From Sminthopsis crassicaudata (lineage: Eukaryota), in the NCBI RefSeq assembly GCF_048593235.1, contig NC_133618.1:475981294-476045293 (forward strand): a stretch of 64,000 nt of DNA. Reading direction: 5' to 3'. This document shows, in pieces, positions 37,536-48,425 of the stretch. The position numbers and the translations under genes are program-made. Position 1 is the first letter of the stretch, and every line of letters starts with the position of its first letter. The notes below the pieces were generated by a model, which saw only the letters and a program-made list of their open reading frames with translations, was not told where the DNA came from and searched no databases.

Positions 37536-38245
37536 ATGTGCCTATGTATTATAGAGGGGAGATTGTATGTATGTGTATATACACACACACATATATGTAT
37601 ACATGTATATTACTTATATATCTGTCTATATGCTTGTGTACATATATGTGTGTGTGTGTGTGTGCAAAACAAATCCAGGATAATTTTGAGGTAAAAAAAA
37701 TTCCTGGTTACAAGTACATTGAAGTAAATATGATAAAGAGAATACCTAAGTTGTGTAAAATGTTAAGTTAAATGTGATATAAGATAATGCATAGAAAATG
37801 AAACCATATCAATTTTGCTTGAAAGTGGAAATTCAAGAAGAAAAGGAGACTGAAGGAAAATGAGTCAGAGAGAGTTGGGCTAATCCTTTGAAAAAAGGGA
37901 AATTTCCCTTGTACATAAGCTACTTCTCCATTTCTTGACCCAATGTTTGGCACAGTTCCTAGAACATAGTAGGACATAGAATATAATGCATAGAACATTA
38001 GTAAAGGCTTATTAAATTGAATGAACAACTCATTTTATCTATTTTAAAAATATGAATAATGAAGTTTATCAAAGGAATTCTTGCAAGGGAATTTGGTCTA
38101 CCAAGAAACAACATGCCTTAGACAATCACAACATATTTATAATGAATGGCAAGAGAATGATAATAACATTGACCAGATTGTATCTGACTGGTCCTTTGGA
38201 CAACAGAGGAGCTGTGCTCATTGATCTGGGACACTAGGATATTGG

Positions 38246-38881
38246 TGAAGCAGTTGTAGTCCCTTTAAGAAACTACATTTGTAATTCCTTTCAGATTGTA
38301 GGTTACTCCCACCCTCTCCTGGCTGATGCATTATCAGTTCAGGAAGCCTGCACCTTTGATTCACAAATCCAGGTCAAAAGCACCCCTTTGAATTCCAATA
38401 GGAGATCTGGGCTTGTCCCAGCCCCCATCAGATCTGAGCCAACTTGGGACTCCACCCACGGGCCCCCTTTAACTAAATCTCTCATTATAAAAAGAGGCAA
38501 ACTAAAATTCTCTCTTTGCAGAGGTTCTAAACATGCCAGCCCTACACTTGGCACTCCAAGGGTCTCTGCCCACTGGAATACTGTTTCCAGTGCTGTCTTC
38601 TCTTTACCCTCATCTATTACCTTAAGCAGAACTTTACTTCCAATCCCCATAATAAACCTCATTTATCAATCTAGGTTTTTGGGTCTGTAAATTCCTTTAC
38701 AGAGAACCTCTGTACCACCAGAAGGGAGTTCCCCAGAACTCCCTATCCTTGTTCCGAATCCCAAGGAATGCAGGGGAGCCAAACCTATCCTGTACCCTGA
38801 ACCTGCCACTAGACCTCATTTAACTCCCTGACCACCAGTAACCCTAATTTCATTTGGGTTCCCCAAATCTAAACCTCATCA
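38246..38881 (+). mobile_element. Solo ERV LTR
   Basis: TGAAG...CATCA ends; TATAAAAA 38486; AATAAA 38651; possible 4-bp TSD ttgg / ctgg. Confidence 0.7.
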
Positions 38882-38909
38882 CTGGGATGCAGAATATGGC
38901 TTTCTTATC

Positions 38910-39155
38910 TTGCAGTGGATAAAGTGCAAGGCCTGGAGTCAGGAAGACATCTTCAGATCTGTCCTCAAACAATAGCTGTGTGATCCTGGGCAGGTCACTT
39001 AACTTTTTTGCCAGTTTCCCTATCCATAAAATGAGTTGAAAAGGGAAATGGCAAACCACTGTAGTGTCTTTGCCAAAAAACAAAAAAAACAAAACACCAA
39101 AAAACCCAAATGGGTTCCCAAAGATTTGGACACAATTAAAAGACTAAATAGCAAC
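38910..39155 (+). mobile_element. MAR1-type CORE-SINE
   Basis: ggagtcaggaagac..gaaatggcaaaccactgtagtgtctttgccaa. Confidence 0.85.
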
Positions 39156-39409
39156 CAGAAAACCTTATAGGACCTGACCAACATCATGCGATCTTTAAGT
39201 AGGGTGAAAAGCAAAAATAAAAAACGTAGCTCAGAATGCATCATGTTTTTCCCAAAGAACTTAAATTATACATTTTTCTTCTCAACACAGGATTAGTGAT
39301 ATTTTTCAGCACGAAATTCTCAACTACATAGGAATAATTGTTGCTCCTCCCCATAGCATGCAAAGCAAGATAATTATTTGACTAATATACATACTGGACA
39401 TGCACTGGA

Positions 39410-39411
<2 letters not shown>

Positions 39412-39455
<44 letters not shown>
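39412..39455. repeat. (CA)n microsatellite
   Basis: Perfect CA run. Confidence 0.95.
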
Positions 39456-39457
<2 letters not shown>

Positions 39458-41599
39458 TTATCTACTTATATCTTAGTGGGGTTGAGATGTTGAGAACATC
39501 CTCCTCTTTGTCACCATCTAGGAAAAGGTTTCTTCCTTTTTGTCACCAGGTCATGCATTCTACCAGCATCCAATAGGAGCAATTGCAGTCTGTGGGTATG
39601 ATGAGCTGTAAACTAAACATTTGTAANNNNNNNNNNNNNNNNNNNNNNNNNNNNNNNNNNNNNNNNNNNNNNNNNNNNNNNNNNNNNNNNNNNNNNNNNN
39701 NNNNNNNNNNNNNNNNNNNNNNNNNNNNNNNNNNNNNNNNNNNNNNNNNNNNNNNNNNNNNNNNNGTAGAGATGAAGGAGAAAGGAAGGAAAAAAAGAAG
39801 AAAACAAACAAAAACTCTGAAGATGTCATTGTATAATAGTTCATTATGGCTCCAATTGAGCCGTCATGAACTATCAAGGAAATAATTACCCAATAGACCA
39901 TAATGGCTCTATTGTGTCAACCTCTGTGCATTTACATTTTTTTTAATCAAGGGAAATTAAATACAAATATGCCTTTGGGTTTCTGCCCTGGCTTTCCCCT
40001 TTTGTTTGTGGAGGAGGAGAGGAGAGAAGGGACTGATTGAATATTAGGTATGGTCTGTAGACCAACTTCCATGTTAAGATGTAGAACATCACTAGGCTTA
40101 GCATGGGTGCCTTTGTAGCTAGCTATCCCTTCAGTTTAAGGGTTACTAAGTGGAGAAGGCAGAGGTGATTATGGCATTAGGGCCAAGTGTGGGGTTTTCT
40201 CTGCTGGGCCCCCATTGTATTTCCCCACTAAACTGGGGCCTGTAAAGCAGTCTGCATCACCTTTGGGTTTCCATGGGGGTGACCATGCTTAGTGTTTAAA
40301 TTCTGGCCTTCTGCCAGGTTGCTCATAGGTGTCCCCTAGTCTAGATACATTGCCGCAAAGGGCTTGCTTGCCAATGAGTCACCATTCATTGTGATTTGAT
40401 AGAACAATCATAAATATGAGGGGTCTTCCAGGAAGGGAGCCATTCCCTTTAACTAATTTGACCCTAGAGCATATCTGCAATTATCCTAACCCAACCATAG
40501 TTTTTCTATTGTTCTTTCAAGGCAAGTTTGTCTAATTTGGCATGATGGCTGCTGGATTAAAGAAAAATGTTTCTCTTTTTTCCCCCTTCTTTCTCCTTCA
40601 GCTCTTTCTTGGGGATAGGGATATATCTGTTTAATTTTTATAGAATAGAACATCACACTCCCATTTACTTTTAGATACTGAGCAGACCAGATTTGATCAT
40701 GATGATGGTAGTGGACTTAAAAACAATTTTTTTGCTTTGATGGAATCACTGACTTTAGCAGATAAATTTCTTTAGTACAAAAAAACATGGCATAAAAAGA
40801 GAGGCCTTGGAGATCAAAAAAGGAACTAGAAATTGTATCTGCTAGTGTTAGTTCAGAGCAGGCTGGCATGTGTTACAACAGAAAGAGTTTTGAGCCTGGA
40901 ATGGGAGGGCCTGGCTTCTTCACAAGGTAAGTGGCAATGAATCTCTCTGAATCTCAGATTCTTCACCTGCAAAGCTAAGGAGCCTGGACTAGATCAGTTT
41001 AAGGACTTTCCATCTCTAGTTCTCTGATGCTTCCATAGATCTGGACCTGAAAGAGACCACCTCCTTTGTTTTAGAGATTTTGTGTGTGTTTGGTTTTTGG
41101 TCCAACTCCATTGTTTTAGAAATGAGGAAACAGGTAGATTGTCTAAGGTCACACCAGCTGTCTATGTCAAAGACAAGAATTGAACCAAAATCCTCTGATG
41201 GAAAAGCTTTTGATTTTTGCACTGTACAACTCCTCCCTTTGCCAGGATAGAGTTAGAAAAATGAAAGACAATGGCCAAGGAAAGGTTGGCTCAATCTTTG
41301 CATATATTTTGTAACTTTTATATATTCTATAGATTTGTTGCAAACATCAAATGAGACAATATATTATAATTTATGAGATATACTTTTATACTAAAACAAG
41401 CTGCTATTATTATTGGTGCAAGTTAATCAGCCTTGAATGATGTAAGGAAAGAAGAATGAGAAGCCCCATGATCTCAGCGGTTGACACAAATTCCTTCACC
41501 TTCTCATCCTTTTCTTTTGCCCTTCTCATTCTCTCTCTTTTCGCCTTTTCCTCCCTCCATCTCTCCTAAGAAGGCTGATTTTCCTGTTTTCTTTCTTGC

Positions 41600-42480
41600 C
41601 TGAAGTGACATCTCCTGACGGGATAAGATTTATAGTCTGAAGTGGGGTGGGGGCCACTGTGATTAGAATAGTGTTGCATACTCCATGCTGCTCCTCATTA
41701 TGTTTTCCCCTGGAAGGACTGAATTGTACACCTGCATTTTAGAGAACTTTTCAACTTTTCAATTGCTTTTTCCTCATGAATAGGCACAAATTGCTTGTTT
41801 GCTTGCTTAGAACAACAAAACTTTTCTTTGGATGATTCCGCTTCATGTCTGGCTTCTGCAGATGAAGGATGGAGACCGTCGTTGGGGAGGAGATGAAGTT
41901 CCAGGTAGCAGTTTCATAAACAAAAAAGAGGAAAACTGCATCATTTTGAGGTGGGCGTCACTCTCAGTGTGAGATTCCCTCTATTTTAGGTGTATGATAA
42001 AAGACTGTTGGGGGCATCTCCCTGCTGAAAACAAGATCCAGGATTATAATGGAACAAGGGAATGGGGATGGAGGACTGAGGATATGAAGGTCAACTTTTC
42101 TCCCAATCAGTCCCCAAAAAGCAGAGAAAGGGAGATGAATTAAGTGGCTAAGCTCTTCAGTAGAGAGGGTGGGAGTTTTTGTAGTTTTCTGTCTTACTGT
42201 ATCCTTCAGGAAAGGAATATCTTCCCATCTCTTAATGGTGTGATAGCTTTCAAACGCATTGTTGTCTGAGCTGTTGATTAAACAAAATGGGGCCTGATTG
42301 TTGCAGGGTGGCTAAATGTGGACAGGAGTAGCTATTGCAAGCAGCTCACTAAGAAGTCATTTATCAAAGTTTTATCTGATTTCCAAGGCATCGGATTTAT
42401 CAGTCACAGTTTATAAATGGCATGCCATTGGAATCAAGCAAGAGCTCTACTATTTTTTTTTTCTTGCCTAAGTGCTGCTA
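41600..42480. promoter_or_regulatory. Unique block: candidate CNE and possible micro-exon
   Basis: No TE recognised; several CpGs; TGATAAATGA on the minus strand at 42357-42366. Confidence 0.35.
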
Positions 42481-44269
42481 GAGAGTCCTAGGTGCTGGGC
42501 AATGTGGGTATGTGTCATTGCATCAGAAGATCCACATAGCTGGACTAATAAGAAAAAAAAAAAAATTGTGGGTTTTTCTTTTGGAAAACAAAGAGATATT
42601 GCTATAAGAGTCAATAAGATTTCCAAAGTATGTGGATGTGACTCCCTCAAACAAAGGGACAGGAAGAGCCATCCTAACAGTGTCCTTAGAAGTTATTGAG
42701 TAGCCAAACCTCTAGTTTTAGTTCCTGTTTATTCCTAAAAGATTATCACCTCCAAGCAATACAGGTAATACTCAATGTTAAAACCTGCATAGATCTGTGG
42801 GAAAAGGAGGCTTGCTTTTTTTTTTTTTTTTTTTGTGGAAAGAACACTAAACATGAGATTAGAAGAGATGCTTTTCTATTACAATTTATTTAACTAGCTG
42901 ACACTCATTTTCCTTATGTGTAAGGTGAGAGGGTGGGGTGGCAGGGAACAGGAAGGAAGAAAAAAAGAAAAAAGTTATATGATAATTTTATTAAATATTT
43001 AAGAGAAATAGCAAGTTGTACATTGGCAATTTCATGTGCAAACATCTTTTTTTTATTCTACTGTTTTATAAAAATGCTTATTTTATTTCTTAAGTTCAGA
43101 ATAATACATATATTTAAAACTATTAAAAACATATATACATATTTAAAAATAGCTAACATTCATATAGTGCATTAAGGTATGATGTATGTTACATCATTTG
43201 ATCTTTACAACAATCCTGGAAATTAGATGTTATCATTATCCCACATCATGTCAATATGGAAATTCAAACTGAGAGAGATTCATTGACTTGCCTAATTCAC
43301 ACAGTTATTAATTGTCTTAGAAGAGATTCAAATTTAGATCTTCCTGACTTGAAGTTCCCTCTCATTCATTGCTCCATGCTCCAAGTACTGTCCTTCTCTC
43401 AGGCTGGCTGAAGAATGTGCACACTGTAACTTACAAAATTCTATATGAATGAAAGCTATGATTGTCGTGAACAAAAGCTAAATAAATATATCCAATTCAG
43501 GATGTAAACTTGAGAGTCCTAAAAGAGTTGATGGATGTCATTGTAGAATAACTGACTATTATTATCAATATCACGTGATGAGTTGCAGGGATTTCCCCAA
43601 ATCCTTACAAAGAAAAGATCAGGAAAGAAGAAAGAGAGGAAGATGATCCTAGTCATATAGTACACATGGAAAATAAAATAAATTACTAATCTGTAGCTTG
43701 GAGGTGTATATGTATAAGATATTACTATGATATTATAGTGTCAGAAAAACTTCATATATCCTAAAGATTTCATATGTTCCTAGTCCTATCCTGCAAAGTT
43801 CCTCCACATCACCTCTTCCCTAGTCTCTGCCCCATTATTACTTTCTACAATCTCAAAAGAATTGGTCCTTCGTGCCAAGGCCAACCTTTCTGCTCTTGCA
43901 TTTGATCCTTGCTTATCTCCAGTCACCTCTACAAACTTGTTCCTTTGGTCTTTTCTTGTCTATTCCCAATATTCAATGTCTCTTTAGTTACTTGGTCCTT
44001 CCCTGTAAACATTCCCATCCTTCATCAGTAAAAATTCCTTTCCTTCACCCTAGTATCATTTCAAATTATGGACCTATACTGGCCTTTCTTTTTGCAGCTT
44101 AACTCCATGGAAAAGTGATCTACATTCATGATCTCTATTTCTCTTCTTTACTTCTCAGCATACTTTTGCACTTTTACTTTTCATTAAGCCATTCAATTAA
44201 AAGTATTGTCTCACATAAACTTTGTTTTCTTACTTGCTGAATCCAATAGGCAAGCTACTAATATCTACA

Positions 44270-45420
44270 TTAAAAAAAAAACTCAAATCACTGATATTAG
44301 AGAAATATAAATTAAAAGAACTCTGAGGTTCTACTTCATGCCTGTCAGATTGAGAAAGTTATATTTTACAAAATGATAAATTTTGGAGGGGTTGTGGGAA
44401 AACAAAAACACTTACAGACTACTAGTAGAACTATGAACTGAATCAATCATTCTGGAAAGCAGTTTAGACCCACCAATAAGTTAGTAAATTGTGTATAACT
44501 TTTGATACCGCGAATTAATCAGTCAATATGTATTAAGTACCTACTATGTGTTAGCTACTGTACTAAGTGCTGGGAATATAAAAAGAGACAAAAACAGTCC
44601 CTATTGTCAAGGAGCTTACAATATAATGGGGAAGACAACATGGCCACAAAACAAGCAATATATAAGATAAATAGGAGACAACAGAAGGAACGCTTCCAGT
44701 AAAAGCAGGAATTTTAATTGGGACTTAGAGAAAGATAGGGAAGCCAGCAGCTAGAATGAAGAGGAAGAATACTCCAAGCATAGGAGATGGCTAAAGAAAA
44801 TGCCCAGAGACAAGAGATGGAATATCTTGTTCATGGGACATCTAAAAGGCCAGTATCTTTGGATTGAAGAAAATTATATAGAGGAGTACAGTGTAAAAAG
44901 ACTGAAAAGGTAGTAGGGGACAAGGGTATGAAGAAAGTTGAATACCAGACAATATTTTGTGTTTGATCCTGGTATCTCTACTAGGCCTATATCTCAAAAG
45001 TATCAAAGAAAGAGGAAATAATCCTATATATACAAAAAATATTTGTAGTTCTTTTGGGGGTAACAAAGAACTAGAAACTAAAGAAATAACCAACAATTGG
45101 TAAGAAATATTGAAAGAGATGGTCTAAAAGAAATCTTGAAAGATTTGTATGAACTGATACAGTGCAAAGTAAATAGAACTAGGGGAACAACTCACACTAG
45201 AAGAATGTTATAAAAATGAACAATTTTGAAAGATTTAAGAACTCTGAATAACAAAACAATGAATCAAAATTCCAGAGAACCAATAAAGAATGCGACTTAC
45301 TTCCTGGCAGCAGTGATGAAATATAGGCAGAATAGGGTCATGATTAATATGAGAATAATTGTTACAAGGGTTTTTTTCTTTTTCTATCAGATTGGTAGAG
45401 AGAGAAGTAAAAGAAAATAA
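44270..45420 (+). mobile_element. Old L1 3' part, split by an L2
   Basis: agagaaatataaattaaaagaactctgaggttctac..tttgatacc | tttgatcctggtatctctactaggcc..gatttgtatgaactgatacag. Confidence 0.8.
44512..44965 (-). mobile_element. L2 3' end inserted within L1
   Basis: aatcagtcaatatgtattaagtacctactatgtg is the reverse-strand L2 3' terminus. Confidence 0.8.
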
Positions 45421-45967
45421 GTGTTGAAAAAAAATTTTAATGCATTGACTTGTTCTCAGTCCTTATCCTTCTAAACCTCTCTATAACATTTGGCACTGTT
45501 AACCATACACTCTTCTGTATGCTCTCTTCTCCTTGGATTTTCATGATACTGTTGTCTCTCTTGATTTTTCTTTTACCTCTTTGATTTATTTATTAGATCA
45601 TCATGGGTTCCCCTGTCCCAACATATGTTTGTATATGCTAGAGATTTTGTTTTGAGCCTTCTACTCTTCTTTCCTGATGCAATCAGTAATACTATTAACT
45701 TTGATGGCTTTGATTATTATCTTTATACAGATGATTCCAAAATCTCTTTATGTAGTCCCTTTCCTTTGAGTGTACTTCCAACTACCTGTTGAGTATCTCT
45801 ATTTGTATGCACCAGAAACATAACAAACTCAGCATCTCCAAAATGGAACTGGTTATTCATTCTCTACCCATCTCACTTCTGAACTTCTCTATTGCTGGAA
45901 TTTCCAAACTTCCAGCAATAGTAGCATCCCCTATCCTTAGTTTTTCATTCCCCATCTTCCCCTATTT

Positions 45968-46543
45968 TGTTGTGCCACAGTTTCCTTTTACTGTCCTGCC
46001 TCAGTTTCCCTAATTGTCCAGCCTCAGCTTCCCTAATTGTTGTGTCTCAGTTTCCCTTAATTGTTCTGCCTCAATCCCCCTGGTTGCAACCACACACCCC
46101 CTCCTGATGATTAGGATTGATATAACTTAGGGCAGGCTACTCTAAAGTTATAAATTGTAAATGTGTAATGTCAAAATAAAGGGGAGTTCAGACTTCCTGG
46201 CTCCTAAGTCCTCCTAAGTTATCAAGAATTTATGGTCCTACCCCCCACCCTGTCAGAACTAGATTGATGGTCTGTCCTTGGAAATTCCCACCGTTTATCA
46301 ATGCTCAGACTCCATCCCCTGCCTTGCTACCCTAATCTTGGAGCTGCATATTTATATTTCAGTGGAAACTCACATTCCTTGCTGCTGCTGAAGCTGCTGC
46401 TGCTGCTGTTGAATGCTTTGAGACATCAGCCCTGGGACGAAAATGGATCCTTTGGTCCCAGAAAATCTCTCCCTCTCAGAAATCCAAATAAAATATTTAA
46501 AACTTTCTAATCTCTATCTTGCCTCAGTTTCTCTGGCATTACA
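45968..46543 (+). mobile_element. Solo ERV LTR (6-bp TSD suggests ERV2/beta-like)
   Basis: TGTTG...TTACA; TSD ctattt / gtattt; AATAAA 46487; U3 tandem ~23-bp repeat; CTG tract 46380-46409. Confidence 0.8.
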
Positions 46544-46791
46544 GTATTTAATCACAAATCATATAGATAATGGCTTCGCAACATTTCTCTCCCATATGTC
46601 CTCTTCCTTCTATTTTCATTGTCAACACACTAGTTTATGTTTTTATCACTTCTTAGCAGACAATCGCATCCCCCACAACTGATTGTTAAACATTTATCAA
46701 CACAACTCTGGGTTTCTGAACAGATAAGTTAGCTATATTATAGGTTCTATAAGCTTCTGTGGAGTAGACTGTGAAATCAAGAGAATTTTGA

Positions 46792-47855
46792 ATATAGAGA
46801 ACTGACCCTAATTTATAAGAAATCAAACCATTCTCCAATTGATAAATGGTCAAAGGATATGAACAGACAATTCTCAGATGATGAAACTGAAACTATATCC
46901 ACTCACATGAAAGAGTGTTCCAAATCACTACTGATCAGAGAAATGCAAATTAAGACAACTCTGAGATACCACTACACACCTGTCAGATTGGCTAAAATGA
47001 CAGGAACAAATAATGATGAATGTTGGAGGGGATGTGGGAAACCTGGGACACTGATACATTGTTGGTGGAGTTGTGAAAGAATCCAGCCATTCTGGAGAGC
47101 AGTTTGGAATTATGCTCAAAAAGTTATCAAACTGTGCATACCCTTTGATCCAGCAGTGCTGCTATTAGGCTTATATCCCAAAGAAATACTAAAGAGGGGA
47201 AAGGGACCTGTATGTGCCAAAATGTTTGTGGCAGCTCTTTTTGTAGTGGCTAGAAACTGGAAGATGAATGGATGTCCATCAATTGGAGAATGGTTGGGTA
47301 AATTATGGTATATGAAGGTTATGGAATATTATTGTTCTGTAAGAAATGACCAACAGGAGGAATACAGAGAGGTTTGGAGAGATTTACATGAACTGATGCT
47401 GAGTGAAATGAGCAGTGTATAGATCACTATACACTTCAACAACAATACTGTATGAAGAGGTATTCTGATGGAAGTGGATATCTTCAACATAAAGAAGATC
47501 CAACTCACTTCCAGTTGATCAATGATGGACAGAAACAGCTACACCCAGAGAAGGAACACTGGGAATTGAATGTAAACTGTTAGCACTACTGTCTTTCTAC
47601 CCAGGTTACTTATACCTTCGGAAGCTAATACTTAATGTGCAACAAGAAAATGGTATTTACACACATATATTGTATCTAAGTTATACTGTAACACATGTAA
47701 AATGTATGGGATTGCCTGTCATCTAGGGGAGGGAATAGAGAGAGGGAGGGGAAAATTTGGAAAAATGAATACAAGGGATAATGTTATTAAAAAAAAAAAT
47801 TACTCATGCATATATACTGTCAAAAAATTTTTATAATAATAAAATTAATTAAAAA
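46792..47855 (+). mobile_element. Relatively young 5'-truncated L1
   Basis: 13-bp TSD aagagaattttga / aagagagttttga; open ORF2 C-terminus; 3' UTR and A tail. Confidence 0.95.
46859..47422 (+). pseudogene. L1 ORF2p C-terminal cysteine-rich domain fragment
   Basis: MNRQFSDDE..CWRGCGKPGTLIHCWWSC..FDPAVLLLGLYPKE..LWYM; frame lost after ELMLSEMS. Confidence 0.95.
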
Positions 47856-48407
47856 AAGAGAGTTTTGAGTTGTATATAGTTTATTTACAAACAAACTTTT
47901 GGGACATATTCCCTAAGGACTAAAAGCTTTTTATAAAAAATGCAGTGGGCTGTTTAGAAAGCAATACATTTTCTCCTGATCACTGGATCTATTTAAGGAA
48001 ATGGGATTACTGGTTAGGCAAGATTAGTTCATCTATGCAGCCTTTTGGAAGGCTGGTAAGGAGACCACAGAATAATCCTTTTGGATTCATAAAATAAAAT
48101 ATCAACTTTATTAAAATATAGCTACTAAAATAAAATTTTAAAAGTTCAAGGACTCCAGGTTAAGAACTCCTGACCTAAATGATCTCTGGAATCCCTTTCA
48201 ACTCCTGACATTCTGTGATTCAGATATTTAATACAATAAAACCTCATTAATTTTAGTTCTTCTAATTCAGAATTTTTAAAAATTTCACTAAGAATGGGTT
48301 ACCTTTACACTATGTATATGGAAAAGGTTTGCTATACAAGTAGTATATAAAAGAGATTTTAGGGGCATAGTTTATCCTCCTTAAGGGAAGTCTTTTTAAC
48401 AGCATTT

Positions 48408-48425
48408 ATTTGCATACAAACAATG
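48408..48425 (-). promoter_or_regulatory. SOX-OCT composite motif, 3-bp spacing
   Basis: Minus strand CATTGTT-TGT-ATGCAAAT. Confidence 0.5.

Larger units (their letters stand above)
43780..46640 (+). mobile_element. L2 ORF2 remnant interrupted by an L1 and an LTR
   Basis: Left part ends ttgctgaatccaataggc (~44250); resumes ttctcagtccttatccttctaaacctctctataacatttggcactgtt (~45450; cf. RT motif LILLDLSAAFDTV). Confidence 0.7.

Noticed and set aside
38339-38690. Two ~100-aa antiparallel ORFs
   Set aside because: They lie within a solo LTR and resemble no protein I know
45973-46079. Short direct repeats as a CRISPR array
   Set aside because: Eukaryotic context, no unique spacers, no cas genes; it is an LTR U3 tandem repeat
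46859-47422. 187-aa ORF as a host gene
   Set aside because: It is the L1 ORF2p C-terminus inside a TSD-flanked truncated L1
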